From contig CAWBKU010000002.1 in the NCBI GenBank assembly GCA_963789535.1, forward strand, positions 9,046-73,045: DNA of 64,000 nucleotides, in the 5' to 3' direction. A program made the position numbers and the translations under genes. Position 1 is the stretch's first letter; each line of letters begins with the position of its first letter. This stretch comes from an uncultured Alphaproteobacteria bacterium (GTDB lineage: Bacteria > Pseudomonadota > Alphaproteobacteria > Rhodobacterales > Rhodobacteraceae). Positions 24,854 to 36,573 of this stretch are shown piece by piece. Below the pieces are notes generated by a model, which saw only the letters and a list, made by a program, of their open reading frames with translations, had not been told where the DNA came from and did not search any database.

Positions 24854-26896
24854 TCACACCCGCGCGCGCCGCCGCCTGCCGCCACCGTCGCCGCCCGACC
24901 CCTGGTTGAAGTTCACATCCGGCAGGGTGACGATGGCCGCGAGGTTCGGGAACGGATCGGTCGCATGCGGCACGGCATTGGCGGCGACGAAGTGTTCCTG
25001 GAACTTGGGCTCGATGGCGGTCTCGACCTTGGTGATCTCGCGCACCGTGGCCTCGATGGCGGTGCGCGCGGCAACGGAGCAGAGCGCGATCCGCGCGCCG
25101 GTGCCTGCCGCATTGCCCGCCGACGTGACCTTGTCGAGGGGCGCATCGGGGATCATCCCGAGGATCATGGCGTGTTTGGGCGAGATATGGGCACCGAAGG
25201 CCCCGGCCAGCACGACGCGGTCGACCGTGTCCACGCCCATCGTGTCCATCAGCAGCCGCGCGCCGGCATAGAGGGCCGATTTCGCGAGCTGAATGGCGCG
25301 GATGTCGGTCTGCGTGACGGTAATGACCGGTCCACCGGCGGCACTGCCGTCGTGCACAAGATAGGAGTGGGTGCGCCCCTCGGCCAGCATCCGGTCGCTG
25401 CCGGTCTGTTCGGCGCTGCCCATCAGGCCGCGCGCGTCCATCAGGCCCGCCACGCGCAATTCGGCCACCGCCTCGATGATGCCGGACCCGCAGATGCCGG
25501 TGACGCCGGTGTCGGCGATGGCCCCGGCGAACCCCGGCGCATCGGACCAGAGGTCGCAGCCGATGACGCGAAAGCGTGGCGCCTTCGTGTCCGGGTCGAT
25601 CTCGATATGTTCGATGGCGCCGGGGGCGGCGCGCTGGCCGCTGCTGATCTGCGCGCCCTCGAACGCGGGGCCCGTGGGCGACGAACAGGCCAGCACGCGG
25701 GTGCGGTTGCCCAGCAGCAGTTCGGCATTGGTGCCGACGTCCACGATGAGCACCAGGTCGTCCGATTGCCCCGGCTGCTCGGCAAGTGCCACGGCCGCCG
25801 CGTCGGCGCCGACGTGGCCCGCGATACACGGCAGGATGAAGATGCGCGCAGCCGGGTTTACCGACGCGAGGTCGAGTTCATTCGCATTCAGCGAAACGGA
25901 ATTGGATGTCGCCAGCGCAAACGGCGCCTGACCGAGTTCCACCGGGTCGATCCCCAGCAGGAGGTGGTGCATGACCGGGTTGCAGACGAACACCGCCTCG
26001 AGGATCTGCGCGGTGTCGATCCCGGCCTGCTGCGCGAGGTCACGGGCCAGACCGTCGATCGCCTCGCGCACGGCGCTCGTCATCTCGATATCGCCGCCAG
26101 GGTTCATCATCACATAGCTCACCCGGCTCATCAGATCCTCGCCAAAGCGGATCTGCGGGTTCATCGCCCCCGCACTGGCGGCGACGGTGCCGTTGCGCAG
26201 GTCGGTCAGATGCGCTGCGATGGTGGTCGAGCCGAGGTCGATGGCGAGGCCGTAGAGCCGCCCCTCGTGAAAGCCCGGGAAGATGTCCAGAACGCTGTGA
26301 TGGTCGTCGCGGTGCCCCTTGTGCAGGGCGACAGTCACCTCCCATTTTCCCTTTCGGAGGGCGGGTTGCAGCTTGCGCAGCACGCTCAGCGGCGCCGATA
26401 TCCGCGCGATCCCCCATTGCGCCCGGAGCGCGTCGCCCAGACGCTCGAAATCGCCCGAGGGCTCGTGCATGTCGGGTTCCAGCACCTCGACGAAATAAAG
26501 CTTGGTCGCCGGGTCCATGACCAGCGCGCGGGTATCGGCCTCCTTGCGGACGACCTGGCGGTGCACCTGGCTTTCGGGCGGCACGTCGATCACGACATCG
26601 CCCTGCACCGTGGCCTGACAGCCCAGACGCCGCCCCTCCTTGAGGCCGCGCACCCGGTGATAGCGGTCCTCGACGGCGTTCCAGTCCGACAGGGCGCCTT
26701 CGGCCACCGTCACGCCATGCTTCGGGAATGCGCCATAGGACGGGGTGATCTGGCATTTCGAGCAGATCCCGCGCCCGCCGCAGACAGAGTCGAGATCGAC
26801 GCCCAGTTGCCGCGCCGCCGTCAGCACGGGCGTGCCCGGCGGAAAATGGCCGCGCTTGCCCGATGGGGTGAAGATCACGAGGGGGTTCGTCGCCAT
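24854..26896 (-). CDS. 2Fe-2S ferredoxin + ASKHA (DUF4445) protein, corrinoid reductive-activase-like
   Basis: About 680 aa. The N-terminal plant-type ferredoxin has CGGRGICSKCQ and C...V. ASKHA motifs are GLAIDLGSTT, LIVDVGTNAE and TGICGSGI. Confidence 0.85.
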   Translation of the reverse strand: MATNPLVIFTPSGKRGHFPPGTPVLTAARQLGVDLDSVCGGRGICSKCQITPSYGAFPKHGVTVAEGALSDWNAVEDRYHRVRGLKEGRRLGCQATVQGDVVIDVPPESQVHRQVVRKEADTRALVMDPATKLYFVEVLEPDMHEPSGDFERLGDALRAQWGIARISAPLSVLRKLQPALRKGKWEVTVALHKGHRDDHHSVLDIFPGFHEGRLYGLAIDLGSTTIAAHLTDLRNGTVAASAGAMNPQIRFGEDLMSRVSYVMMNPGGDIEMTSAVREAIDGLARDLAQQAGIDTAQILEAVFVCNPVMHHLLLGIDPVELGQAPFALATSNSVSLNANELDLASVNPAARIFILPCIAGHVGADAAAVALAEQPGQSDDLVLIVDVGTNAELLLGNRTRVLACSSPTGPAFEGAQISSGQRAAPGAIEHIEIDPDTKAPRFRVIGCDLWSDAPGFAGAIADTGVTGICGSGIIEAVAELRVAGLMDARGLMGSAEQTGSDRMLAEGRTHSYLVHDGSAAGGPVITVTQTDIRAIQLAKSALYAGARLLMDTMGVDTVDRVVLAGAFGAHISPKHAMILGMIPDAPLDKVTSAGNAAGTGARIALCSVAARTAIEATVREITKVETAIEPKFQEHFVAANAVPHATDPFPNLAAIVTLPDVNFNQGSGGDGGGRRRRARV

Positions 26897-27050
26897 GAAT
26901 GCCAATCCGCCTGTCTTTGCGCCAGCCTAGAGGGCAGGGAGCGCGGGCGCCCCGTCTCCTTGCGTCATTCCCCGTCCGATATGCGGCATCGCGCGCGGCG
27001 TAAAGCCATGACACACGGGGCCTTTCGCCGCCCCGCACTCTGTGCGATAG

Positions 27051-28538
<1,488 letters not shown>

Positions 28539-28541
28539 GGC

Positions 28542-29714
28542 ATGACGCCGGGCGCGCGCCTTGCCGCGGCGATGGAGGTGCTGGACGCGGCACTGGCCGG
28601 CGCGCCGCTGGAAAGGGCGCTGACCGGTTGGGCCCGGGCAAGCCGGTTCGCTGGCGCCAAGGACCGCGCGGCGGTGCGCGATCTGGTCTATCAGGGCTGG
28701 CGCTGCCGTCGCAGCCACGCGGCCCTCGGCGGCGCCGGGACCGGACGCGGCATCGTCCTCGGCGGTCTGCGTGCCGCAGGGACCGTGCCCGAGACGCTCA
28801 TGACCGGCGCAGGCCACGCGCCGGCCCCGCCGGGGCCGCAGGAGGGGGGGCGCACGCCAGAAGGTGCCGAGGCGCTGGACCTGCCCGACTGGCTGTGGCC
28901 GCTCTTTCGGACCGATCTGGGGACCGACGCTGCCGACGTCGCCGAGGCCCTGCGTCACCGCGCGCCGGTGTTCCTGCGCGTCAACCTCGCGCGGACGACA
29001 CGCGACCAGGCGATCGAGGGCCTGGCCACGGACGAGATCGTCGCCCGGCCGCACGATCACGTGAGGACCGCCCTCGAAGTGACGGAAAACCCAAGACGTA
29101 TCGCACAATCGACGGCATATGCAGACGGTGTTGTCGAGCTTCAGGACGCGTCCTCGCAGGCCGCCGTCCTCGCCCTCCCGCTGACCCCCGGCGCCCGCTT
29201 GCTCGACTATTGCGCAGGCGGCGGCGGCAAGGCGCTGGCCGTCGCCGCCCTGGCACCGCCGGGTGCTCCGTTCGACCTGTGGGCGCACGATGCGATCCCC
29301 GCGCGTCTCGCCGACCTCGCCCCGCGCGCCGCGCGCGCCGGGGTTCGTATCCATATCGTCGACGGCGACGCCCTCGCCGGCCTGCCCCCGTTCGACGTCG
29401 TCCTCGTCGACGCGCCCTGTTCGGGCAGCGGCACATGGCGGCGCGATCCGGACGGCAAATGGCGGCTGACCGACGGACGCCTCGACGCCCTCGTGGCGCT
29501 ACAGTCCGACATTCTCGATGCAGCCTGCCTCCACGTCGCGCCCGGCGGCGTGCTCGCCTATGCGACCTGCTCGGTCCTCGGGATCGAAACGACGGGTCAG
29601 GTCTCGGCCTTTCTGCATCGCCATCCCGGCTGGACGCTCGAGTCCCGGCAGGCATGGCGACCCGGTCCGGCAGGCGACGGCTTTTCGCTCGCGGTCTTGC
29701 GGCGCGCGCCCTAG
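28542..29714 (+). CDS. RsmB/NOP (Sun) family RNA cytosine-C5 methyltransferase
   Basis: Contains VELQDASSQ, LDYCAGGGGK, VLVDAPCSGSGTWRR and YATCS motifs. Confidence 0.85.
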   Translation: MTPGARLAAAMEVLDAALAGAPLERALTGWARASRFAGAKDRAAVRDLVYQGWRCRRSHAALGGAGTGRGIVLGGLRAAGTVPETLMTGAGHAPAPPGPQEGGRTPEGAEALDLPDWLWPLFRTDLGTDAADVAEALRHRAPVFLRVNLARTTRDQAIEGLATDEIVARPHDHVRTALEVTENPRRIAQSTAYADGVVELQDASSQAAVLALPLTPGARLLDYCAGGGGKALAVAALAPPGAPFDLWAHDAIPARLADLAPRAARAGVRIHIVDGDALAGLPPFDVVLVDAPCSGSGTWRRDPDGKWRLTDGRLDALVALQSDILDAACLHVAPGGVLAYATCSVLGIETTGQVSAFLHRHPGWTLESRQAWRPGPAGDGFSLAVLRRAP

Positions 29715-29800
29715 CGCACAACTTTTACGTGCAGGGGTCGAATATTTGCCGTAGGAGGGGGGTGAACTTAACCGGTTCTTAGGGTTTCGCCGGGACAAGG

Positions 29801-32206
29801 ATGGGACACGATAGGGACCGAAAATTGACCCTCACAGCAGAGCAAGCAGCCCCGGTCCCCGTCGTCGACGTGCGCGGTATCGGGCGTTTCCTCGGGGTGG
29901 CGCCGCTCGCCGCCTTCGTGGGCGCCGTCATCGCGGTCGGTTTCGCGATCCTGTCGGACGGCCTCGCGGTGCAGGTGGTTCTTTCGGTCGCCGCCGTCTT
30001 GATGGCGGTCGCCGCAGCGGGTCTCAGTGTCGTGGCGATGCGCAGCCGCGACCGGGCCGAGGCGATCGACGGCGCCGCGCGCCTGATCGCGAGTGCGGAC
30101 GAGAGGCCTGTCTACATGACCGATGCGCAGGGGCAGATCGTGTTTCGCAACGCCGCCGCGACCGCGCGGATGACCGGCCGGCCACCGATAAATTTGCACG
30201 ATGCGCTGGCCGATCTCTGCGCCAACCCGCGCAAGCTCATCGCCGATCTACAAGGCCGCGCCCGGTCGTTCGGCACCGCTTCCGAGGATGTCGTCAGCCG
30301 CCGGTCGCATCAGCGCGTGACGGTCAACTGGCTCGACACGGCCGTCGTCTGGCGGATCGAGGATGTGGCGGGACGGGCCGGTCAGGCCCGATCGGGTGCG
30401 ATCAGCCTGCCGATGCTGACCGCCGGCCCGTCCGGCACGATCCTCTACATGAACGAGGCGTTCCGGCGCCTCGTCGGTGCCCGCGAACGGACCTTGCAGG
30501 CCGTGTTCCCGGACCTGCCGCTCGTCTCGGGCAACGTCCACGCCGTCGAGGGCGTCGACGGCCTCGTGCGGACACTGGTGGCGCAGGTGCCCTGTTCGGG
30601 CGGGCGCAGCGAAATCTATCTGCTGCCGCCGTCGAGCATCGATGCCGTCCGCGTCGCCGAGGCCACCGGCGCCTTTTCCAGCGTGCGCACGGATGCGTCG
30701 GCCCTGATCCGGACGACGCCGGCGACCTGGGACGAAATCGAATCGCTTCCCGTGCCACTCCTGAAGCTCTCGCACGACGGAATCGTGTTGTCGGCGAACG
30801 CCTCGGCGCGGGCTCTTCTGCCGATGGAGGTGACGTCGGGCACGCGCCTGTCGGACCTGTTGGAGGGACTGGGACGGCCGGTCATCGACTGGTTGGGCGA
30901 TGCCGCCGCCGGGCGTGGTGCGGGAAAATCCGAGTTCCTGCGCGGCACGGGCGCGCATCAGGACACGTTCGTTCAGGTCTCGCTCAGCGGCGTCGGTGCC
31001 GGCGCGCGCTCGCTCATCGCCGTGTTGCAGGACGCGACCGAGCTGAAATCGCTCGAGGCGAAGTTCGTGCAAAGCCAGAAGATGCAGGCCATCGGACAAC
31101 TTGCGGGGGGCGTGGCGCATGACTTCAACAACCTGCTGACCGCAATTTCGGGTCACTGCGACCTCTTGCTGTTGCGCCATGATCAGGGCGATCCGGACTA
31201 TGGCGACCTCATCCAGGTGCATCAGAACGCGAACCGCGCGGCCAGCCTGGTCGGTCAGTTGCTCGCCTTCTCGCGCAAGCAGAACCTGATGCCCGAGGTG
31301 ATCGACCTGCGCGACACGCTGTCGGAACTGACGCATCTGCTGAACCGGCTGGTCGGCGAAAAGGTGCGGCTTTCGCTGAACCACGACCCGCTCCTCCTGA
31401 ACATCCGTGCCGACAAGCGGCAGTTGGAACAGGTGCTGATGAACCTCGTGGTGAATGCGCGCGACGCGATGCCGAAGGGAGGCGAGATCAAGGTCGAGAC
31501 CGAGAACGTCACGCTGCGCGAACCGCTCGAGCGGGACCGGGTGAAGGTGCCCGCGGGCGACTATATCGTGCTGCGTGTCGTCGACGAGGGCACCGGCATC
31601 CCCCCCGAGAAGCTGCCGAAGATCTTCGAGCCGTTCTATACCACCAAACGCCCCGGCGAGGGCACCGGCCTTGGCCTGTCGACCGCCTACGGCATCGTCA
31701 AGCAGACCGGCGGCTTCATCTTTGCCGACAGCACGGTCGATGTCGGAAGCACGTTCTCGTTGTATTTTCCGGCCCACGATCAGCCCGCGACTGTCACCGC
31801 AGAGGCGCCGCGCATGTCGAGCGAGATCCTGTCCGAGACAGCCGATGGCGTGGTGCTGCTGGTCGAGGACGAGGCGCCGGTGCGTGCCTTCGCGAGCCGC
31901 GCGTTGCGCCTCAAGGGCTATTCGGTGCTCGAGGCCGACAGCGCCGAGGCGGCCCTCGAACTTCTGGCCGACCCCGGGGTCAAGGTCGACATCTTCGTCA
32001 CCGACGTCATCATGCCGGGCAAGGACGGACCCACGTGGGTGCGCGAGGCGCTGCGCGACCGGCCCGATACCAAGGTCGTCTTCGTTTCCGGCTATGCCGA
32101 GGACGCCTTTTCCGAGCACAAGGCGCTGATCCCGAATTCGGTGTTCCTGCCCAAGCCATTCTCGCTCAACGATCTGACCTCGACGGTGCAGCGCCAGTTG
32201 CACTGA
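29801..32206 (+). CDS. cckA: hybrid sensor histidine kinase/response regulator, CckA-like
   Basis: 801 aa. Has N-terminal TM helices, a PAS-like region, the H-box GGVAHDFNNLL, N/G boxes (NLVVNARDAM, GTGLGLS), and a C-terminal receiver (VLLVEDE..DVIMPG..). Confidence 0.8.
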   Translation: MGHDRDRKLTLTAEQAAPVPVVDVRGIGRFLGVAPLAAFVGAVIAVGFAILSDGLAVQVVLSVAAVLMAVAAAGLSVVAMRSRDRAEAIDGAARLIASADERPVYMTDAQGQIVFRNAAATARMTGRPPINLHDALADLCANPRKLIADLQGRARSFGTASEDVVSRRSHQRVTVNWLDTAVVWRIEDVAGRAGQARSGAISLPMLTAGPSGTILYMNEAFRRLVGARERTLQAVFPDLPLVSGNVHAVEGVDGLVRTLVAQVPCSGGRSEIYLLPPSSIDAVRVAEATGAFSSVRTDASALIRTTPATWDEIESLPVPLLKLSHDGIVLSANASARALLPMEVTSGTRLSDLLEGLGRPVIDWLGDAAAGRGAGKSEFLRGTGAHQDTFVQVSLSGVGAGARSLIAVLQDATELKSLEAKFVQSQKMQAIGQLAGGVAHDFNNLLTAISGHCDLLLLRHDQGDPDYGDLIQVHQNANRAASLVGQLLAFSRKQNLMPEVIDLRDTLSELTHLLNRLVGEKVRLSLNHDPLLLNIRADKRQLEQVLMNLVVNARDAMPKGGEIKVETENVTLREPLERDRVKVPAGDYIVLRVVDEGTGIPPEKLPKIFEPFYTTKRPGEGTGLGLSTAYGIVKQTGGFIFADSTVDVGSTFSLYFPAHDQPATVTAEAPRMSSEILSETADGVVLLVEDEAPVRAFASRALRLKGYSVLEADSAEAALELLADPGVKVDIFVTDVIMPGKDGPTWVREALRDRPDTKVVFVSGYAEDAFSEHKALIPNSVFLPKPFSLNDLTSTVQRQLH

Positions 32207-32439
32207 GGCGCGCGCGCGTCGGTTGCCGCGAACGCGCGGAGAGAGGATCAGGTCTGCGTCGAGCCGCGATCCGACGTCCGATCCCGCGGCCTTTGGATCC
32301 CCGGAGGGTTCGATTGTCCGCCACAAGGCGTCTCCCTGTCTCGACAATGCCGAGCCTGCCACACGGAAACTTTCCCGCACGATCGTGTCGTGCCGGACCC
32401 GCCACCTCTTCGACGCGATCGGCCCTCTTGGCCTCGCGC

Positions 32440-33132
32440 CTAGCCCAGAACGCGGCTCAGTTCGCGGATGATCTTGTCGCGGATCGCGCGGGGATAGTCG
32501 CGGTGACCGCGCGCCGTGATGACGAAGCCGTCCCGCGTGACCAGGGCGCGCTGATAGAACCCGGTGATCGCGATACCCATCGATTCGATGGCGACACCGT
32601 TGATCGTCACCCCGGCCCGCTCGGCGGCGAGGCGGGCGCCGGCGACATCCGAACCGGCGTTCGGCGTGCCGTCGCCGGAGACGTCGATGATGTGGCGCGC
32701 GCAATCCTCGACCTGGGCGAACTGCCGCAAGGCGAAATAGATCGCCTCGGCCGGTGCCGTATCCGACAGCACGAATGCGCGTTCGGTCAATCGCGCGGCA
32801 AGGGCAAAGCGCGCCACGTCCTCGGCGGTGCGCATCCGCGTCCACGGGATCGAGATCGCCTGCCGTTCTTCCCCCGACCATTGCATGACGGCCAGCGCGA
32901 CCTCGCCCTGCACCAGCGCCTCGATGATCTCGGGATCCCCGAGCGCATCGGCGAGGCCGTCGGTCTGCAACCGGAACTCGCCCGGATCGACCGAGTTCGA
33001 CACGTCGATCGTCAGCATGAGCGCGGTTTCACAGGCAGCCCTTGCAGGCAGGGCCGCTCCGCACCAAACGGCCGCCGACAGCATGGCGATACGTGCGGCG
33101 ACGAAAGGGTGCAGGACCAGAAAGGCGTTCAT
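32440..33132 (-). CDS. DUF1194 (vWA-like) domain protein
   Basis: Has a signal peptide, then LMLTIDVSNSVD..E..LQ..G.A.A, DVSGDG.NN-like and TINGV.I motifs. Confidence 0.8.
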   Translation of the reverse strand: MNAFLVLHPFVAARIAMLSAAVWCGAALPARAACETALMLTIDVSNSVDPGEFRLQTDGLADALGDPEIIEALVQGEVALAVMQWSGEERQAISIPWTRMRTAEDVARFALAARLTERAFVLSDTAPAEAIYFALRQFAQVEDCARHIIDVSGDGTPNAGSDVAGARLAAERAGVTINGVAIESMGIAITGFYQRALVTRDGFVITARGHRDYPRAIRDKIIRELSRVLG

Positions 33133-33323
33133 GTGCCATCATGCAGAGCGCCCCACCCGCGACGCAACCGCAAATTGGTATCCAAGAACCGCGACGGGGC
33201 GGATCGTCAGTCGCTTGCATTCGTGTTTTCCCTCTGTATGAGAGGGCTTATCGGTGGTGCGTCTGGACCTTGCCTGCCACTGCCGACGATATTGTTTAAC
33301 GGAATTTACAGAAAGGAACTAAG

Positions 33324-33767
33324 ATGCGCGCGATTATCGGATTGGCCATCGCGGCCCTCATTGCTGTGGGCGCCTATTTCGGCCTCACGGCCGCCGGGGT
33401 CATCGGTGGCCCGGCGGCGATGACGCCCGAGGATGTGACGGCGGGCCTGACCGTCTATGCCGACGACATCAACGACGACGATAACCTGCGGTTCGACGAC
33501 TTTTCGAACCTGGTGAACGCGGTCGTGGTCGAGCGGCAGATCACCATCCGCGGCGAAACGATCACCGACATGGCCGACGTGAGCGAGGGCTATCTCGAGA
33601 GCCGTGAGGCACAGGGTCTGAACAGGCTGTGCAGCGACGACACGAACCGGGCCCTGCTGGCAAACGGCGCGACCTATGTCTTCAACTGGTTCTCCGCTGA
33701 CGGCGAAAGCATCGGCATGGTCACGATCCGCGGAGCGCAGGAACCGTGCGAGGCCGCCGGCCTCTGA
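33324..33767 (+). CDS. hypothetical membrane-anchored/secreted protein
   Basis: 147-aa ORF with an N-terminal hydrophobic helix and high GC3. No family recognised. Confidence 0.6.
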   Translation: MRAIIGLAIAALIAVGAYFGLTAAGVIGGPAAMTPEDVTAGLTVYADDINDDDNLRFDDFSNLVNAVVVERQITIRGETITDMADVSEGYLESREAQGLNRLCSDDTNRALLANGATYVFNWFSADGESIGMVTIRGAQEPCEAAGL

Positions 33768-33791
33768 TCCACCGATCCATGACACTCGAAA

Positions 33792-33821
33792 AGGCCTCCC
33801 GGCAGTCCGGGGGGCCTTTGG
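33792..33821. terminator. bidirectional stem-loop terminator
   Basis: aggcctcccgg-cagt-ccggggggcct, flanked by A-rich sequence on the left and T-rich on the right. Serves the 33324..33767 gene and the 3' end of ssrA. Confidence 0.6.
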
Positions 33822-34160
33822 CGCATTGCGAAGAGGGAAAGTGCAGGCTTCTGTTGCCAGGTGCCTGCGAACCCCGCCTTACGCTGCTAGGCGCAAGGAC
33901 TTAGGTTTCGGCAACTCGGACTGCTTACGCAGCCAGAGCCATAGCCGGAGCACGGTTGTTATTGGCAACTGTACAATTCGGACCGATAACGGTGGTACCT
34001 CACCGAGACAAAGACATCCCCTTTAGACGTTCGTCGATCCTGTTTCGACCCCATCGGCCCCCAATAAGGGTGTTTGGTGGAGTCGCCGGGTACCGCCCCC
34101 GGGTCCGATCCGCGTATTACGAGCGCGTTTATGTCCATAGTCCCGAAGGACAGGATCAAC
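33795..34160 (-). ncRNA. ssrA: tmRNA (ssrA), circularly permuted two-piece alphaproteobacterial type; outer ends approximate
   Basis: Minus strand. The acceptor piece ends ..GGAC-CCGGG-GGCGGTA-CCCGG-C-GACTCC-ACCA (CCA at 34075-34077). After a 22-nt spacer, the coding piece starts GGGGUCGAAACAGGAUCGACG (5' end at 34052). G3-U pairing with CGACUCC gives the Ala identity pair. The tag ORF at 33925-33966 encodes ANNNRAPAMALAA-stop. Confidence 0.88.
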
Positions 34161-34211
34161 ATAGGCGCTGAGGCGACATCCGGCAAGGGGTTCACCGAAC
34201 CGCCGGGCGGC

Positions 34212-34559
34212 CTAGCGCCAGAGGTTGGCGAGACCGGCGAGAGCGACCGCCGTCTCGATCGCGAAGTAGAGCCATTTCTTCGAAAGCGCCCCGTCGAGGG
34301 CGAGGGAAGTGGCGCGTCCGACGGCGGCACCGCCCCAGCAAAAGCCGAGCATCGCATAGGCGGCGGGCGTGCCGATCAGCAGGGCCCCCAGCCCCATCCC
34401 GACGAAGAGCGCGCCGGAGGCGGCCCGCACCTCGGAATATCCCATGCTGCTCTGCCCCGCGTGCAGGTCGAGAACCTTCATCGCATAGCGCGGCGCGAAC
34501 CAGCCGATCGCGCCGAGGCCGATGCTGGCGAGGGCCAGAAGGATGTTGAGGATGTCCAT
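34212..34559 (-). CDS. small membrane protein (DUF4345-like)
   Basis: 115 aa from MDILNILLAL, with four predicted hydrophobic helices. Confidence 0.65.
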   Translation of the reverse strand: MDILNILLALASIGLGAIGWFAPRYAMKVLDLHAGQSSMGYSEVRAASGALFVGMGLGALLIGTPAAYAMLGFCWGGAAVGRATSLALDGALSKKWLYFAIETAVALAGLANLWR

Positions 34560-34655
34560 GTGCGGTCTCCGGTCCGGTGATCTCGTCAAGATAGGCCGGA
34601 CACGCAGAAGGGCGACCCCTTTCGGGGCCGCCCTCGTTTGCCGGAAATCGGCAGG

Positions 34656-35705
34656 TCAGAAACCGGCCTTGATCAGTTCGAACTCCTCGGCCTGACGCTC
34701 GCGCTGTTCGTTCGACATCGGGAGTTGCGCCAGAACCGGCACCGCGACGCTGCCGATCCCCGAGGCGACGAGGTCTTCCTCGGAAATCTGGTCGGACAGG
34801 GCCGCGGCATTGGCGGTGCCGAAGCCGTTCTCGAGCAGGGGCCGGGCGGCGGAAGGGTCGAGCATGGCGTTGATGAAATCATAGGCCTTGTCCTCGGACC
34901 CGGCGCCGTCGGTCATGTTGACGTAGCCGCAGAGCCAGACCGAGGATCCCTCCGCCGTCTCGCGCTGATAGGCGATGGAGCGGCCTTCCTCGACCATCGT
35001 CGGATAGGTCTCGTTCCACGCCCAGCTTACCAGCACCTCGCCCGAGGCGAGGAGTTGCGAGAGTTCGGCGGGATCGGTCCAGTAGGTACGCAGGTTCGGA
35101 TGCACGAGGCGCAGCCAGTCCGAGGCGGCGGCGAATTGCTCGTCCGTGACATCCGCCCAGGAGGTCAGGCCGGTGGCGAGGTAGGCCAGCGCATAGGCGT
35201 CGTCGACGTTGTCGGGGATCGTCATGCGGCCCATGAATTCGGGGTTCTGGAACACCTGGAGCGAGGCCACCTGATCCTCGGTCACGAGATCGGGGTTATA
35301 GGCGATGGCGGTGGCGCCGAAATCGGTGGGGATCCAGTAGACGTCATCGCCGCCGCCGATCCGGGTGCCGGTCAGGTTGCGGTCGATGCTGTCGTAATTG
35401 GGGATGCGGCTGATGTCCCAGGGCTCGATGATGCCGCTTTCGGCCCATTTGGTCACGGAACCGGCGCAGATATGGGTCACGTCGGCGGCAAACCCGGCGC
35501 GCACCTTCTGGAACGCCTCTTCCTCGTCGCCGAAGAACGAGAACGTCGGGCTGTCGCCGTTGGCCTCGACGTAGGCCGCGTGAAAATCGGGATTCTCGAA
35601 CCCCGGATAGTCGAGCACGGTCAGGTCCGCATCCTGTGCGGCGGCGGCAGTGGCCAGCGCCGCGAGCGAGGCGGCACCGAAGAGGTGAATGAGTTTCATG
35701 GACAT
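34656..35705 (-). CDS. ABC transporter periplasmic substrate-binding protein (PotD/PotF-like)
   Basis: 349 aa with the signal peptide ..AALATAAAAQD and polyamine-type SBP similarity. Confidence 0.8.
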   Translation of the reverse strand: MSMKLIHLFGAASLAALATAAAAQDADLTVLDYPGFENPDFHAAYVEANGDSPTFSFFGDEEEAFQKVRAGFAADVTHICAGSVTKWAESGIIEPWDISRIPNYDSIDRNLTGTRIGGGDDVYWIPTDFGATAIAYNPDLVTEDQVASLQVFQNPEFMGRMTIPDNVDDAYALAYLATGLTSWADVTDEQFAAASDWLRLVHPNLRTYWTDPAELSQLLASGEVLVSWAWNETYPTMVEEGRSIAYQRETAEGSSVWLCGYVNMTDGAGSEDKAYDFINAMLDPSAARPLLENGFGTANAAALSDQISEEDLVASGIGSVAVPVLAQLPMSNEQRERQAEEFELIKAGF

Positions 35706-35920
35706 CTCCCAAGGTATGTGTCGGACCGGCCGGTGGTGAGTGGTTCGCGACCGTTGCAGGGCAGACTAGGCACCCGGTCCGCGGCTTTCAAGTAAAGCCG
35801 TGTTTCGCGGGTGGGCCGACGGCGGCCCCTTGCCCGGTGCCCCCGTCTTTGGCAGGGTTGACGAGGATCGCCGCTTTGCCGGGCACCGGCCGGCCGTCCG
35901 GCGCGCGGGGGGCAGGCACG

Positions 35921-36430
35921 ATGATGATAACGCCCGACTATTGCCGCATGATGGCGCGCTACAACGCCTGGCAGAATACGGGGCTGCGCAGGATCGTGCA
36001 GGCAATGCCGGTGGCGGACCTCGACGCCGACCGCGGCGCCTGGTTCGGCTCGATCCGCGCGACGCTCAATCACCTTTTGTGGGCCGACGTGCTGTGGATG
36101 TCGCGCTTCGACGGCGGGACGGCACCCGAGGTCGGCATGCGGGCCAGCGGGACGCTGACCCCGACGATCGGCGTCTGGCAGGCCGAAAGGTTCCGCACCG
36201 ACGGTCGGATCACCCTCTGGGCGGAACGGCTGCGGGCGCTCGACCTGACCGGAACGCTTCGGTTCCGCTGGAAGATCGGGGGCCGCGAGGTCGTCAAGCC
36301 GAAAGACCAGATGGTGGCGCATTTCTTCAACCACCAGACCCATCATCGCGGGCAGGTCCATGCGATGCTGACCGCGGCGGGTCAGCGTCCGGGCGACACC
36401 GACCTCTATTTCATCGACGAAATCGCCTGA
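35921..36430 (+). CDS. DinB family protein
   Basis: 169 aa from MMITPDY. Contains N.W.N, NHLLWAD..W and HFFNHQTHHRGQ motifs. Confidence 0.85.
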   Translation: MMITPDYCRMMARYNAWQNTGLRRIVQAMPVADLDADRGAWFGSIRATLNHLLWADVLWMSRFDGGTAPEVGMRASGTLTPTIGVWQAERFRTDGRITLWAERLRALDLTGTLRFRWKIGGREVVKPKDQMVAHFFNHQTHHRGQVHAMLTAAGQRPGDTDLYFIDEIA

Positions 36431-36573
36431 TTCGCCCCGCACCACGGTCCGGGCAACGGTGTCAGGACGACTCTCTGCGACATGACGTCGCTTTTGGCGC
36501 ATGACTTCCGGTCCCTGGTCCCGTAGGTTTGGCCACGCTCAAAAAAATGGCACACAACGGACAGGGACACATC

